In this document: positions 28,833-36,713 of the stretch, in pieces
Layout of the letters: each line of letters starts with the position of its first letter
How positions within the stretch are numbered: the first letter of the stretch is position 1
Origin: a virus
Lineage: Duplodnaviria; Caudoviricetes
Virus record (IMG/VR): IMGVR_UViG_3300037508_000928
Span: 1 to 50,261 of that record
Direction: 5' to 3' (one strand)
DNA length: 50,261 nt
Position numbers and translations under genes: made by a program
The notes under the pieces: model-generated
The model's database searches: none
Told to the model about the DNA's origin: nothing
Seen by the model: the letters and a program-made list of their open reading frames with translations, nothing else

Positions 28833-29885
28833 ATGGCTATCAAGAAGGCAGTCGAATACCGGGGAGTCACGCTCTCCAAGCCGAAGGGGAGCAAGTTCTA
28901 CTCGATGCGCTGGCGCAATGCGGCAGGCCAGCAGGTGCGCCGCTCGACGGGGACATCTGACCCGGCGCTGGCCAAGCAGATTCGAGACTCCCTGGCGGAA
29001 CAGCTTCTCCGCTCGCGCTTCAACATCGAGCCCACGGCGAAGGACTTCACTCCTGACGACGCTTGGGACTTCTACATTGAGCACCAGTCCGAAGTGTCCG
29101 AGAGGACGCTCTATCACGCGCTTAGTGCCTGGAGGCGCTTCTGGAAGGTGACGGGCTCACCTACGCTGGCTTCCGTGCAGCCAGTTGACATCCTTCGCTT
29201 CCAGAAGCTAATGCAGGCCGAGGGGCGAAAGCCCAGCTACGTGAACAACATCATGCGGGTTGTCTCATCGGTCTACGTCAAGTTGGTGCGCTGGGGGGAA
29301 CTCACTTGCGCCAATCCCTTTGCCGCTGTGGACAGGGTAAAGGAAGGAGCGCCCGCCCCGAAGTATCGCCCGTGGCCAGAAGTCGAGGCGATGCTCACCG
29401 TGGCGAAGAAGCAGGGCGACGACATCTACCTGTTTTGCATCCTGTGTTCTCATGCCGGAGCCCGCCACGGGGAGGCTATCGCCAGTCGGTGGGAAGATGT
29501 TGGATGGGAAAACGGCAGCTTCCGCATCCGTGGAACAAAGACGCGGGGGAGTGCAGCCACAATCCCGCTCCACGACGCGCTACGGGCTGCGCTGTGGCCT
29601 TATCGCAAAGAGAGCGGGTACATCGTGGCAAATGGCACCGACGCCCATCCTGACCCACTACGCCCTCACGCGCGCTGGGGGTATCAGTCACGCTGGGAGA
29701 CATTGGTGAAGGCAACCGGATTCAAGGGGTCGCCGCACACCCTTCGCCACTCGTTTGCAACTCACTTGCTCGAACTGGGATATGACCCAGTGTTGCTTGT
29801 GAAGCTGATGCGGCATACGAATCTGGCGATGACTTCGCACTACGCAAACCTGCTGGCCGTCGTCCCCACGATGGACAGATTCTAA
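28833..29885 (+). CDS. int: Tyrosine integrase
   Basis: GGAGG RBS before ATG 28833; N-terminal arm-binding 'RRSTGT'; catalytic R (GARHGE), K (GTKT), HTLRH, RHT and HY. Confidence 0.95.
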   Translation: MAIKKAVEYRGVTLSKPKGSKFYSMRWRNAAGQQVRRSTGTSDPALAKQIRDSLAEQLLRSRFNIEPTAKDFTPDDAWDFYIEHQSEVSERTLYHALSAWRRFWKVTGSPTLASVQPVDILRFQKLMQAEGRKPSYVNNIMRVVSSVYVKLVRWGELTCANPFAAVDRVKEGAPAPKYRPWPEVEAMLTVAKKQGDDIYLFCILCSHAGARHGEAIASRWEDVGWENGSFRIRGTKTRGSAATIPLHDALRAALWPYRKESGYIVANGTDAHPDPLRPHARWGYQSRWETLVKATGFKGSPHTLRHSFATHLLELGYDPVLLVKLMRHTNLAMTSHYANLLAVVPTMDRF

Positions 29886-29903
29886 GGTGATGGTTTGCCA
29901 CTG

Positions 29904-29937
29904 AACATCTTGACGATGTTTTTATTCTCGTGATACT
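29904..29937 (+). promoter_or_regulatory. Putative promoter with palindromic operator
   Basis: TTGACG(29910)-N16-GATACT; AACATC-N5-GATGTT palindrome over the -35 box. Confidence 0.4.
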
Positions 29938-30017
29938 GTGAGCATTAGGCAGGTGCGAGTCGCGCGGGGAAGTTGCCTGCGCCAATGATCTCGCATATTC
30001 ATTAATTAGAGGTGTTC

Positions 30018-30179
30018 ATGATGGAAACCATTATTCTTAAATGGTTGGCAGAATCATGCCCAAACCCCCCCGCAGTAAACTACGAGCGGGCTGAAGAATC
30101 ATGCCCAAACCCGCCCGCAGTAGACTACGAGCGGGCTGAAGAGGCTGGGAAGCATTTGTTGGTGCTGGAGAAGGATTAG
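30018..30179 (+). CDS. 53-aa microprotein with a 15-aa tandem repeat (not in ORF track)
   Basis: GAGGTG RBS; MMETIILKWLAESCPNPPAVNYERAEESCPNPPAVDYERAEEAGKHLLVLEKD; stop overlaps the stop of the convergent peptide gene. Confidence 0.45.
   Translation: MMETIILKWLAESCPNPPAVNYERAEESCPNPPAVDYERAEEAGKHLLVLEKD
30050..30142. repeat. 45-bp tandem duplication, each unit containing a hairpin
   Basis: agaatcatgcccaaaccc(c/g)cccgcagta(a/g)actacgagcgggctga x2, 2 mismatches. Confidence 0.9.
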
Positions 30180-30316
30180 GAATCCTTGCCGGTGCCCTTC
30201 GACTGACAGATGTAGATGTACTCTCCATCATCGCCAGCGATCTTCCCGACAATGAGCGCCTGGACTGCGTTGCATTCAGCGATCTTCGGAATGGTGAGTG
30301 TCTTGACGTGCTTCAT
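30176..30316 (-). CDS. 46-aa peptide with leader-like N-terminus (not in ORF track)
   Basis: Strong RBS AAGGAG-N6-ATG; MKHVKTLTIPKIAECNAVQALIVGKIAGDDGEYIYICQSKGTGKDS; GC3-rich codons; 53 nt downstream of the repressor gene. Confidence 0.8.
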   Translation of the reverse strand: MKHVKTLTIPKIAECNAVQALIVGKIAGDDGEYIYICQSKGTGKDS

Positions 30317-30369
30317 TGAAGTCTCCTTGTTGTGACAAGTGTAGTACAGATACCACCCAGCCGCAAGGT

Positions 30370-30750
30370 TTATTCTGCCTGCTTGCGAATCTCAGCTTCG
30401 TAACCGCGCGCGTAGTTCGTGACAAAGCCAAGAAAGCGGTTGGCCACGAACTCGTCACTCATGTCGCTGAATATCAATTCCGTAAGCAGCCGCATCTCTT
30501 CACCCAGCATACGTCGGGGCTCCGATACTCGCTTCGTACTTACTTGAGGTAGGTCTACCCAGTAGTCGTGCTCGCGCAGCCACTCTTCAAGCGCTTCGCG
30601 GTATTCCACGCCGAGCGGCCCGCCAGACATGAACGTCGAAAATGTCTGGCGGCTGCATCCGATAGCCTCTGCGATTTCATATCGTCGATGCTTTCGGATG
30701 GCCACCTGCGCATATTTTCTGAGCGCCTGCTTGTAATCTTCTTCATCCAT
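30370..30750 (-). CDS. Putative immunity repressor (XRE-like HTH)
   Basis: HTH pattern RYEIAEAIGCSRQTFSTFMSG; divergent from the early promoter and HTH genes; near the integrase. Confidence 0.7.
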   Translation of the reverse strand: MDEEDYKQALRKYAQVAIRKHRRYEIAEAIGCSRQTFSTFMSGGPLGVEYREALEEWLREHDYWVDLPQVSTKRVSEPRRMLGEEMRLLTELIFSDMSDEFVANRFLGFVTNYARGYEAEIRKQAE

Positions 30751-30785
30751 TAAGTCAATACCTTTCAACAACTTACACCGTATAA

Positions 30786-30868
30786 GCACGTACTCACACG
30801 TACAAACGCGAAAATGTGCTTGACAATACACGTACAAACGATTACTATTCGGCCATTGGAGGCCGTAC
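30786..30868 (+). promoter_or_regulatory. Rightward early promoter with repeated operators
   Basis: TTGACA(30820)-N17-TACTAT(30843). ACACGTACAAACG at 30796 and 30828 (the latter in the spacer). Further CGTAC cores near 30789 and 30864. Confidence 0.75.
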
Positions 30869-30869
30869 A

Positions 30870-31166
30870 TTGATTATACACCAAGAATCACCGACTTATC
30901 CGGCGAATGAGAAAATATTTAACGTAAAGTCACTGGCGCAACACCTTGACATCTCGCGCGATGCCGTTCGGCGCCTTGTTGCCGAGGGTATGCCGCACCT
31001 TCGTATCGGCTATCGCACTGTGCGCTTTGATCTGCCTACCGTCATGGCGTGGCTGGACAAGCGCAAGCAAATCTCCCTCTCTGAGTGTGCCAAGGGTGCC
31101 TCCCCTTGCACACGCTCTCTCCCGGCTGGCACCGAAGGCGCCCCCTCCCTCGGTGCCAGCTCATGA
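30870..31166 (+). CDS. Excisionase/Cro-like HTH (HTH_17/AlpA-like)
   Basis: GGAGG RBS then TTG 30870; 'VKSLAQHLDISRDAVRRLV.EGMPHLRIG..VRFD...V.AWL'. Confidence 0.75.
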   Translation: MIIHQESPTYPANEKIFNVKSLAQHLDISRDAVRRLVAEGMPHLRIGYRTVRFDLPTVMAWLDKRKQISLSECAKGASPCTRSLPAGTEGAPSLGASS

Positions 31167-31438
31167 TTACCAAGTACCTCTCTGTCCGTGATGTGGCAAC
31201 CGCGCTTTCGATGACGAGCGCTGGCGTCATAGCCATGATTCACGAAGGGGTGTTCGATAGCGCCTTCCGCACCGGCGACCACAAGCGTTGCCCGTGGAAG
31301 ATTGCCCGCGACGAAGTTGACTCCTTCATTGCCAATCGCCAGGAAGCTGCTCGCCGGGAGATCAACCTGCGGCGCACGGGGCAGGCGATGGCCAGCCAGA
31401 TACTCCGCGAACTCGAACGACCTCGCCGGTCGGCTTAA
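31163..31438 (+). CDS. Second excisionase-like HTH protein
   Basis: ATGA-coupled; 'YLSVRDVATALSMT...V..MIHEG...WKIARDEVDSFI'. Confidence 0.75.
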   Translation: MITKYLSVRDVATALSMTSAGVIAMIHEGVFDSAFRTGDHKRCPWKIARDEVDSFIANRQEAARREINLRRTGQAMASQILRELERPRRSA

Positions 31439-31509
31439 TCCCCTCAACGTATCGAGGGGAGAACCCCTTTGATGACATCACTTTAGCGTGTTAATAGCTT
31501 AGGAGAAAC

Positions 31510-31608
31510 ATGAACATCATTCCAAACACGCCCCACGACTTCTACGTAATCTTCCTCTTCTTTGTCATAGCAACCGCTGGCTACGCCGTCGGGCGGTGGA
31601 GACGTTAA
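31510..31608 (+). CDS. 32-aa single-TM microprotein
   Basis: AGGAG RBS; MNIIPNTPHDFYVIFLFFVIATAGYAVGRWRR. Confidence 0.6.
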   Translation: MNIIPNTPHDFYVIFLFFVIATAGYAVGRWRR

Positions 31609-31612
31609 ACCT

Positions 31613-31702
31613 ATGTACATCGACACTCTGGTCGCACTTTGCACCCTAGCCTTCTTGGCATTGCTAACCGTATTTGCCGCGTGGATGGACTCGCGTCATT
31701 AA
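31613..31702 (+). CDS. 29-aa single-TM microprotein
   Basis: Starts 4 nt after the previous stop; MYIDTLVALCTLAFLALLTVFAAWMDSRH. Confidence 0.5.
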   Translation: MYIDTLVALCTLAFLALLTVFAAWMDSRH

Positions 31703-31719
31703 CCTGAAAGGATGGACGT

Positions 31720-33042
31720 ATGGCGGTAACAATCAACAGTCTCCAACTGGAGAACGTCAAGCGCGTTAAGGCCTTCGCGCTTGAACCGAACAAGACAGGC
31801 TTGACCATCATTGGTGGCAAGAACTGTGCGGGCAAGTCTACCGTGCTGCACATCGCTGCATGGCTGCTGGGCGGTGGCAAGTTTGCGCCGAGCAATCCCC
31901 AGCGAGACGGGGCAATGAACCCGCCAGCCATGAACATGACGTTGAGCAACGGCCTCGTGGTGGAGCGCAAGGGCAAGAACGCGACCTTGAGCGTGACTGA
32001 CCCGTCTGGCAAGCGCCACGGGCAGCAGTTGCTGGACTCGTTCGTGTCCACCTTCGCGCTGGACCTGACGAAGTTCATGAACGCCAATGACAAGGAGAAG
32101 GCGCAAATCCTTCTGCAAATCCTTGGCATCGGTGATGCACTGCGCAGCCTCGACGAAGTGGAACAGCGCCTGACTGCCGACCGGCGCGCCTTCTACCCTT
32201 TGAAGGAATCGAAGGTGAAGCACGCCGCTGAACTTCCCGAGTTTGCTGACGCGCCCCCCGAGCACATCAGCATGTCTGAACTCATCCAGCAGCAGCAGGC
32301 CATCTTCGCAAAGAACGGCGAGAACCAGCGCCTGCGCCAGAAGCGCGAGCGGCTTGAACTCGACCTTGGAATCGTGAACGAGCAAATCATGGAACTTGCC
32401 GCGAAGCTGCAAGAGCGGCGGGAGTTTGCAGCCCAGGTGGTTGCTGACCTCGAAACTGCGGCGAAGAGCACTGCCCAGCTTCAGGACGAGAGCACGGCAG
32501 AGATTGAATCCAGCTTGGCCAACATCGAGAACCTGAACGCCCAGGTGTCTGCCAACGAGGCGAAGGCCAAGGCCATCGAGGAAGCGGCAGAGTTTGAGCG
32601 GAAGTACGACGAGCTTGGTCGTGAAGTCGCGGACGTTCGGACGAAGCGCATGGAATTGCTAAACGGCGCGGAACTTCCGCTCCCCGGCCTGACCGTCGAG
32701 GAAGGCATCTTGCTTTACCAGAACAAGGCTTGGGACTGCATGAGTGGCGCGCAGCAACTTCAGGTGGCCGTGGCCATCGTGCGGAAGCTGAACCCCGAGT
32801 GCGGGTTTGTGCTCATCGACAAGCTGGAACAGTTCGACACGGACACGCTGGAAACATTTGGCAACTGGCTTGTCGAGCAGGAACTTCAAGCAATCGCCAC
32901 GCGCGTAAGCACGGGCGAGGAATGCACGATCATTATCGAGGACGGCTTGCCTGCGGGACAGACTTACATCGAGACGGTTGCGCCGATTCCTGCCGCTGCT
33001 GCCGTGGCTGACAACAAGTGGGGAGACGACAAATGGGACTGA
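31720..33042 (+). CDS. SMC/SbcC-like coiled-coil ATPase
   Basis: Walker A GKNCAGKS, long coiled coil, signature MSGAQ, Walker B VLIDKLE. Confidence 0.85.
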   Translation: MAVTINSLQLENVKRVKAFALEPNKTGLTIIGGKNCAGKSTVLHIAAWLLGGGKFAPSNPQRDGAMNPPAMNMTLSNGLVVERKGKNATLSVTDPSGKRHGQQLLDSFVSTFALDLTKFMNANDKEKAQILLQILGIGDALRSLDEVEQRLTADRRAFYPLKESKVKHAAELPEFADAPPEHISMSELIQQQQAIFAKNGENQRLRQKRERLELDLGIVNEQIMELAAKLQERREFAAQVVADLETAAKSTAQLQDESTAEIESSLANIENLNAQVSANEAKAKAIEEAAEFERKYDELGREVADVRTKRMELLNGAELPLPGLTVEEGILLYQNKAWDCMSGAQQLQVAVAIVRKLNPECGFVLIDKLEQFDTDTLETFGNWLVEQELQAIATRVSTGEECTIIIEDGLPAGQTYIETVAPIPAAAAVADNKWGDDKWD

Positions 33043-34067
33043 ATGTTACGAGCGGCGTAATGCACAAGCCGGGGAAGTTCGTGTTTCACGGGCCCGCTGG
33101 ATTGGGGAAGTCCACCTTGGCCGCGCAGTTTCCAAATCCGGTGTTCATCGACACCGAGGAAGGGACACAGCAAATGAACGTAAGCCGTCTGGACCGGCCA
33201 ACAAGCGTTCCCCACTTCATTGGCATGATTAACTCGCTCACGAAGGATCATCAAGGATTCAAGTCGCTCATCATCGACACGCTGGACTGGTTGCAAGACC
33301 TGTACATCAGCAGCGCCCTTGCCCAAACAGGCCTGAAGGTGATGGGCTGGACGAAGGACGACAACGCCTACACGCTGCTTTACCAAGAATGGAATCAGAT
33401 GCTGGATGCGCTCAGTGAATTGCGCAACAGCGGCATGATCATTGTCCTGGTGGCACATTCCGAAGTGAAGAAGCGCGAGGTGCCAGAGGAATTCGGCGCC
33501 TACGACCGATACCAGTTGAAGCTGCTCAAAGGTGCTGCGGCCAAAACTTGCGAGTGGGCCGAGTACCTTTGGTTCATCAACATGCGGATTGAGGTGGTGA
33601 AGAGCGGCGACGGCAAACATGCCCCCATGAAAGCCACTGGGGGAGAGCGCGTCATCTATACGGGACAGCATCCTTGCTGGGATGCAAAGAGCCGCCCAAC
33701 AGTTCCTCCAGTCCCTGCGGAAATCGTGTTTCGTGACGGCAAGATGCCTGACGTCATGCGCGATCTCATCAAGCAGCAGTTGGCTGGAGCGCAAGCCCCC
33801 GCCCCTGCTGCACCTGCCCCTACGCAGAAGCCAGTCATGCACGTGTCCGCTGGCAAGGAACCGAGCAAGGCGCTCTATCAGTTGCTGGACCTGATGGAGC
33901 AAGACGCCGTGACGGGCGATCAGCTTATCGCAGAAATCAGCAGCAAGGGTTATTTCCCTGCCGACACACCCGTTGATGGGCTGGGGGACGATTTCCTGAC
34001 CGAGAAGCTGATACCCAACTGGAAAAATGTCGTGAAGAAGATCAAGGGAGAACCTGCCAATGTCTGA
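33033..34067 (+). CDS. Sak4-like (AAA_24) ssDNA-annealing ATPase
   Basis: HGPAGLGKST, FIDTEEG, IIDTLDW, LVAHS and WDAKSR motifs. Confidence 0.85.
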   Translation: MGLNVTSGVMHKPGKFVFHGPAGLGKSTLAAQFPNPVFIDTEEGTQQMNVSRLDRPTSVPHFIGMINSLTKDHQGFKSLIIDTLDWLQDLYISSALAQTGLKVMGWTKDDNAYTLLYQEWNQMLDALSELRNSGMIIVLVAHSEVKKREVPEEFGAYDRYQLKLLKGAAAKTCEWAEYLWFINMRIEVVKSGDGKHAPMKATGGERVIYTGQHPCWDAKSRPTVPPVPAEIVFRDGKMPDVMRDLIKQQLAGAQAPAPAAPAPTQKPVMHVSAGKEPSKALYQLLDLMEQDAVTGDQLIAEISSKGYFPADTPVDGLGDDFLTEKLIPNWKNVVKKIKGEPANV

Positions 34068-34593
34068 CACGGGAAGAGCATACGACTGGGACGATACGGT
34101 TGAAAACCCAAACGAGGGTGGTGGCGACTTTGTGTTGCTGCCTCCTGGTGAATATCCATTCAAGGTGGTGAAGTTTGAACGGGGGCAGTATGCGCCGTCT
34201 GCGGATAGCAAGACCCCAGCCTGCAAGAAGGCAATTTTGACGCTTGAAATTGACGGTGGGGGACATGGGACCACGAGCTTGACCGTGGACATGATCCTTC
34301 ACTCCAACTTCGAGTGGAAGCTGTGCCAGTTCTTCAAGGCCATTGGGGACCGTAAGAGTGGTGAACCCCTGACCATGAACTGGAAGGCGGTGATCGGCAA
34401 GTCTGGCCGCTTCAAGCTGAAGCATCGCGTTGGCACAGGGCAGTACAAGGACAAGAAGTACAACGAAGTTGATAAGTACCTCGACCCTCTTGACCCACCA
34501 ACCACAACCGCTGCTGCGTTCCCGGCACAGGAGCCACCTGCTTGGAACCCCGAAGAATACATGGCTGCCCCGGCGAGCGATGGTTGGGACTGA
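34060..34593 (+). CDS. Phage ssDNA-binding protein (DUF669-like)
   Basis: 'LLPPGEYPFKV...WKLCQFFKAIG...YNEV'; follows Sak4; acidic tail. Confidence 0.8.
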   Translation: MSDTGRAYDWDDTVENPNEGGGDFVLLPPGEYPFKVVKFERGQYAPSADSKTPACKKAILTLEIDGGGHGTTSLTVDMILHSNFEWKLCQFFKAIGDRKSGEPLTMNWKAVIGKSGRFKLKHRVGTGQYKDKKYNEVDKYLDPLDPPTTTAAAFPAQEPPAWNPEEYMAAPASDGWD

Positions 34594-34886
34594 TGGATTG
34601 GATCAATCTCTGGGAGTGGGTGCAGGACATAGAGCCTGAGCAGCTTCCAGAAGTGCCGTGGGAGTACCTGCCGGGGCGAGTGATAACGGACAACAAGGCA
34701 TTCGCTGAGTATGCCAGTAACGTTTGCCGCCCCGGCGATGGAGCCGAGCGTTCAGGGAGAGCGCAAGAAATGATGCGCGCCTTACATCGTGTGATTCAGA
34801 AGAAAGAGTACACCTGCCCCGTATGGGGACGGGAATGGATGGAGCGACAGAATGCAAAGCGTAATGCAAAGTGTAATAAGCGCTGA
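34593..34886 (+). CDS. Hypothetical protein
   Basis: TGATG-coupled start (MDWINLWEW...). Confidence 0.55.
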   Translation: MDWINLWEWVQDIEPEQLPEVPWEYLPGRVITDNKAFAEYASNVCRPGDGAERSGRAQEMMRALHRVIQKKEYTCPVWGREWMERQNAKRNAKCNKR

Positions 34887-34896
34887 GAGCAAAGGC

Positions 34897-36498
34897 ATGA
34901 ACCTGCGCCCCTACCAGGTTGAGTCCGCTTTTGCCATTCGCAAAGAGTGGCGGAAGGGCAATAAGCGCACGTTACTGGTGCTCCCAACAGGCACAGGCAA
35001 GACCATCGTGTTCTCGGCGGTAATCCGCGACGAGGTACGCGAGGGCGCTCGCTGCCTAATCCTTGCACACCGAGGGGAACTGCTCGACCAAGCTGCAGAC
35101 AAGCTGAAGAAGTCCACAGGCTTGGGTTGCGCCGTTGAGAAGGCTGACGTTACTTGCAAGGGGGAATGGTTTCGTGTTGTCGTGGGCTCGGTTCAAACCA
35201 TGATGCGCCAGAAACGGCTCGACACGTTTCCCAATGATTACTTCGATGTCATCATTGTGGACGAGGCCCACCACGTCCTGGCCGACAGCTATCAGCGCAT
35301 TCTCAACTACTTTGAGAATGCGAAGGTGCTGGGTGTTACAGCGACCCCTGACCGGGGGGACATGCGGGAACTGGGGGAGTTCTTCGACAGCTTGGCCTAC
35401 GAATACACGCTGCCGAAGGCGATCAAGGAAGGATTCCTCTGCCCTATCAAGGCCTTGACAATCCCCATCAAGATTGACTTAGGCGCCGTTGCCGTGCGCG
35501 CTGGGGACTTTCGCGCCGAAGATGTCGGCTCCGCTCTGGACCCCTACCTGCACCAGATAGCCGACGAGATGACTACGCATTGCCGGGGACGCAAGACAGT
35601 GGTATTCCTGCCACTGATTGCCACAAGCCAGAAGTTTTGCAACATCCTGGCCGACAAGGGATTCCGCGTGGCCGAGGTCAATGGGCAGTCCTTTAACCGC
35701 AAGCAAATACTGGACGACTTTCAAGAGGGCAGCTTCGATGTGCTCTGCAACTCGATGTTGCTGACCGAGGGCTGGGATTGCCCTACAGTAGACTGCATCG
35801 TTTGCCTGCGGCCTACGAAGATTCGCTCACTCTACTGCCAGATCGTCGGACGCGGTACTCGTATCCTCCCCGGCAAGGACCATTTGCTTTTGCTCGACTT
35901 CCTCTGGCTCTCCGAGCGCCACGAGCTTTGCAGGCCTGCGCACCTGCTGGCGCCGGATAAGGACGTGGCGGACATGATGACAAAGAACATAGCCGCTGCC
36001 GGGACTCCGGTAGACCTCGAAGAAGCCGAGGAACAGGCTATCTCCGACTCGATTGCCGAGCGTGAAGAAGCACTAGCCAAGAAGCTGGCAGAGCAACGCG
36101 GCAAGAAACTGAAGCTGGTAGACCCACTTCAATTTGAGATGTCCATTCATTCCGAAGAGCTCGTGAATTATGTGCCCGCCTTTGGTTGGGAGAGCAAACC
36201 GCCCACTGAGAAGCAGCGCCGCGACCTTGAAACGGCTGGTATCTTCAGCGCGGAGATAGACCACGCTGGCAAGGCAGAGAAGCTGCTGGAGACGGTAGCA
36301 GCACGGCGCCGGGACGGACTGACCACGCCAAAGCAGATACGGTTCCTCGAAGGCAAGGGATTCCGTGATGTGGGGACATGGGAATTCGACGCGACTAAGA
36401 AGCTGATTGACCGGATTGCAAGCAACAACTGGAAAGTGCCCTACGAGATTAACCCCCGCGACTACCGCCCTGTTCCAACACGAGAGATGGCGTTCTGA
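34897..36498 (+). CDS. SF2 (DEAH, ResIII-like) helicase
   Basis: LRPYQ, PTGTGKT, DEAHH, TATP, TEGWD and QIVGRGTR motifs. Confidence 0.92.
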   Translation: MNLRPYQVESAFAIRKEWRKGNKRTLLVLPTGTGKTIVFSAVIRDEVREGARCLILAHRGELLDQAADKLKKSTGLGCAVEKADVTCKGEWFRVVVGSVQTMMRQKRLDTFPNDYFDVIIVDEAHHVLADSYQRILNYFENAKVLGVTATPDRGDMRELGEFFDSLAYEYTLPKAIKEGFLCPIKALTIPIKIDLGAVAVRAGDFRAEDVGSALDPYLHQIADEMTTHCRGRKTVVFLPLIATSQKFCNILADKGFRVAEVNGQSFNRKQILDDFQEGSFDVLCNSMLLTEGWDCPTVDCIVCLRPTKIRSLYCQIVGRGTRILPGKDHLLLLDFLWLSERHELCRPAHLLAPDKDVADMMTKNIAAAGTPVDLEEAEEQAISDSIAEREEALAKKLAEQRGKKLKLVDPLQFEMSIHSEELVNYVPAFGWESKPPTEKQRRDLETAGIFSAEIDHAGKAEKLLETVAARRRDGLTTPKQIRFLEGKGFRDVGTWEFDATKKLIDRIASNNWKVPYEINPRDYRPVPTREMAF

Positions 36499-36713
36499 TG
36501 GATTGGCACACAGGCTATGAGGTTGACATGCCCACGCCTGGGACGCCCATGCAGGATTACACGGTCAGACAATTACTACAAGCTCTAAGCGATGCGGAGG
36601 CGAAACAAAAGGTTGCAGTAAAAGGCAAGCGCTGGGATAGCTCTGTAAGAATAGCGCAACGACAAATCCGGCTGGCAATAGAACTAGAAATGAAAACAAG
36701 AGGCTCAGATTGA
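36498..36713 (+). CDS. Hypothetical protein
   Basis: Coupled at both ends; 71 aa; lower GC than neighbours. Confidence 0.55.
   Translation: MDWHTGYEVDMPTPGTPMQDYTVRQLLQALSDAEAKQKVAVKGKRWDSSVRIAQRQIRLAIELEMKTRGSD

Noticed and set aside
30050-30142. Mini CRISPR array
   Set aside because: Two directly abutting 45-bp units with no unique spacer and no cas genes; a simple tandem duplication.
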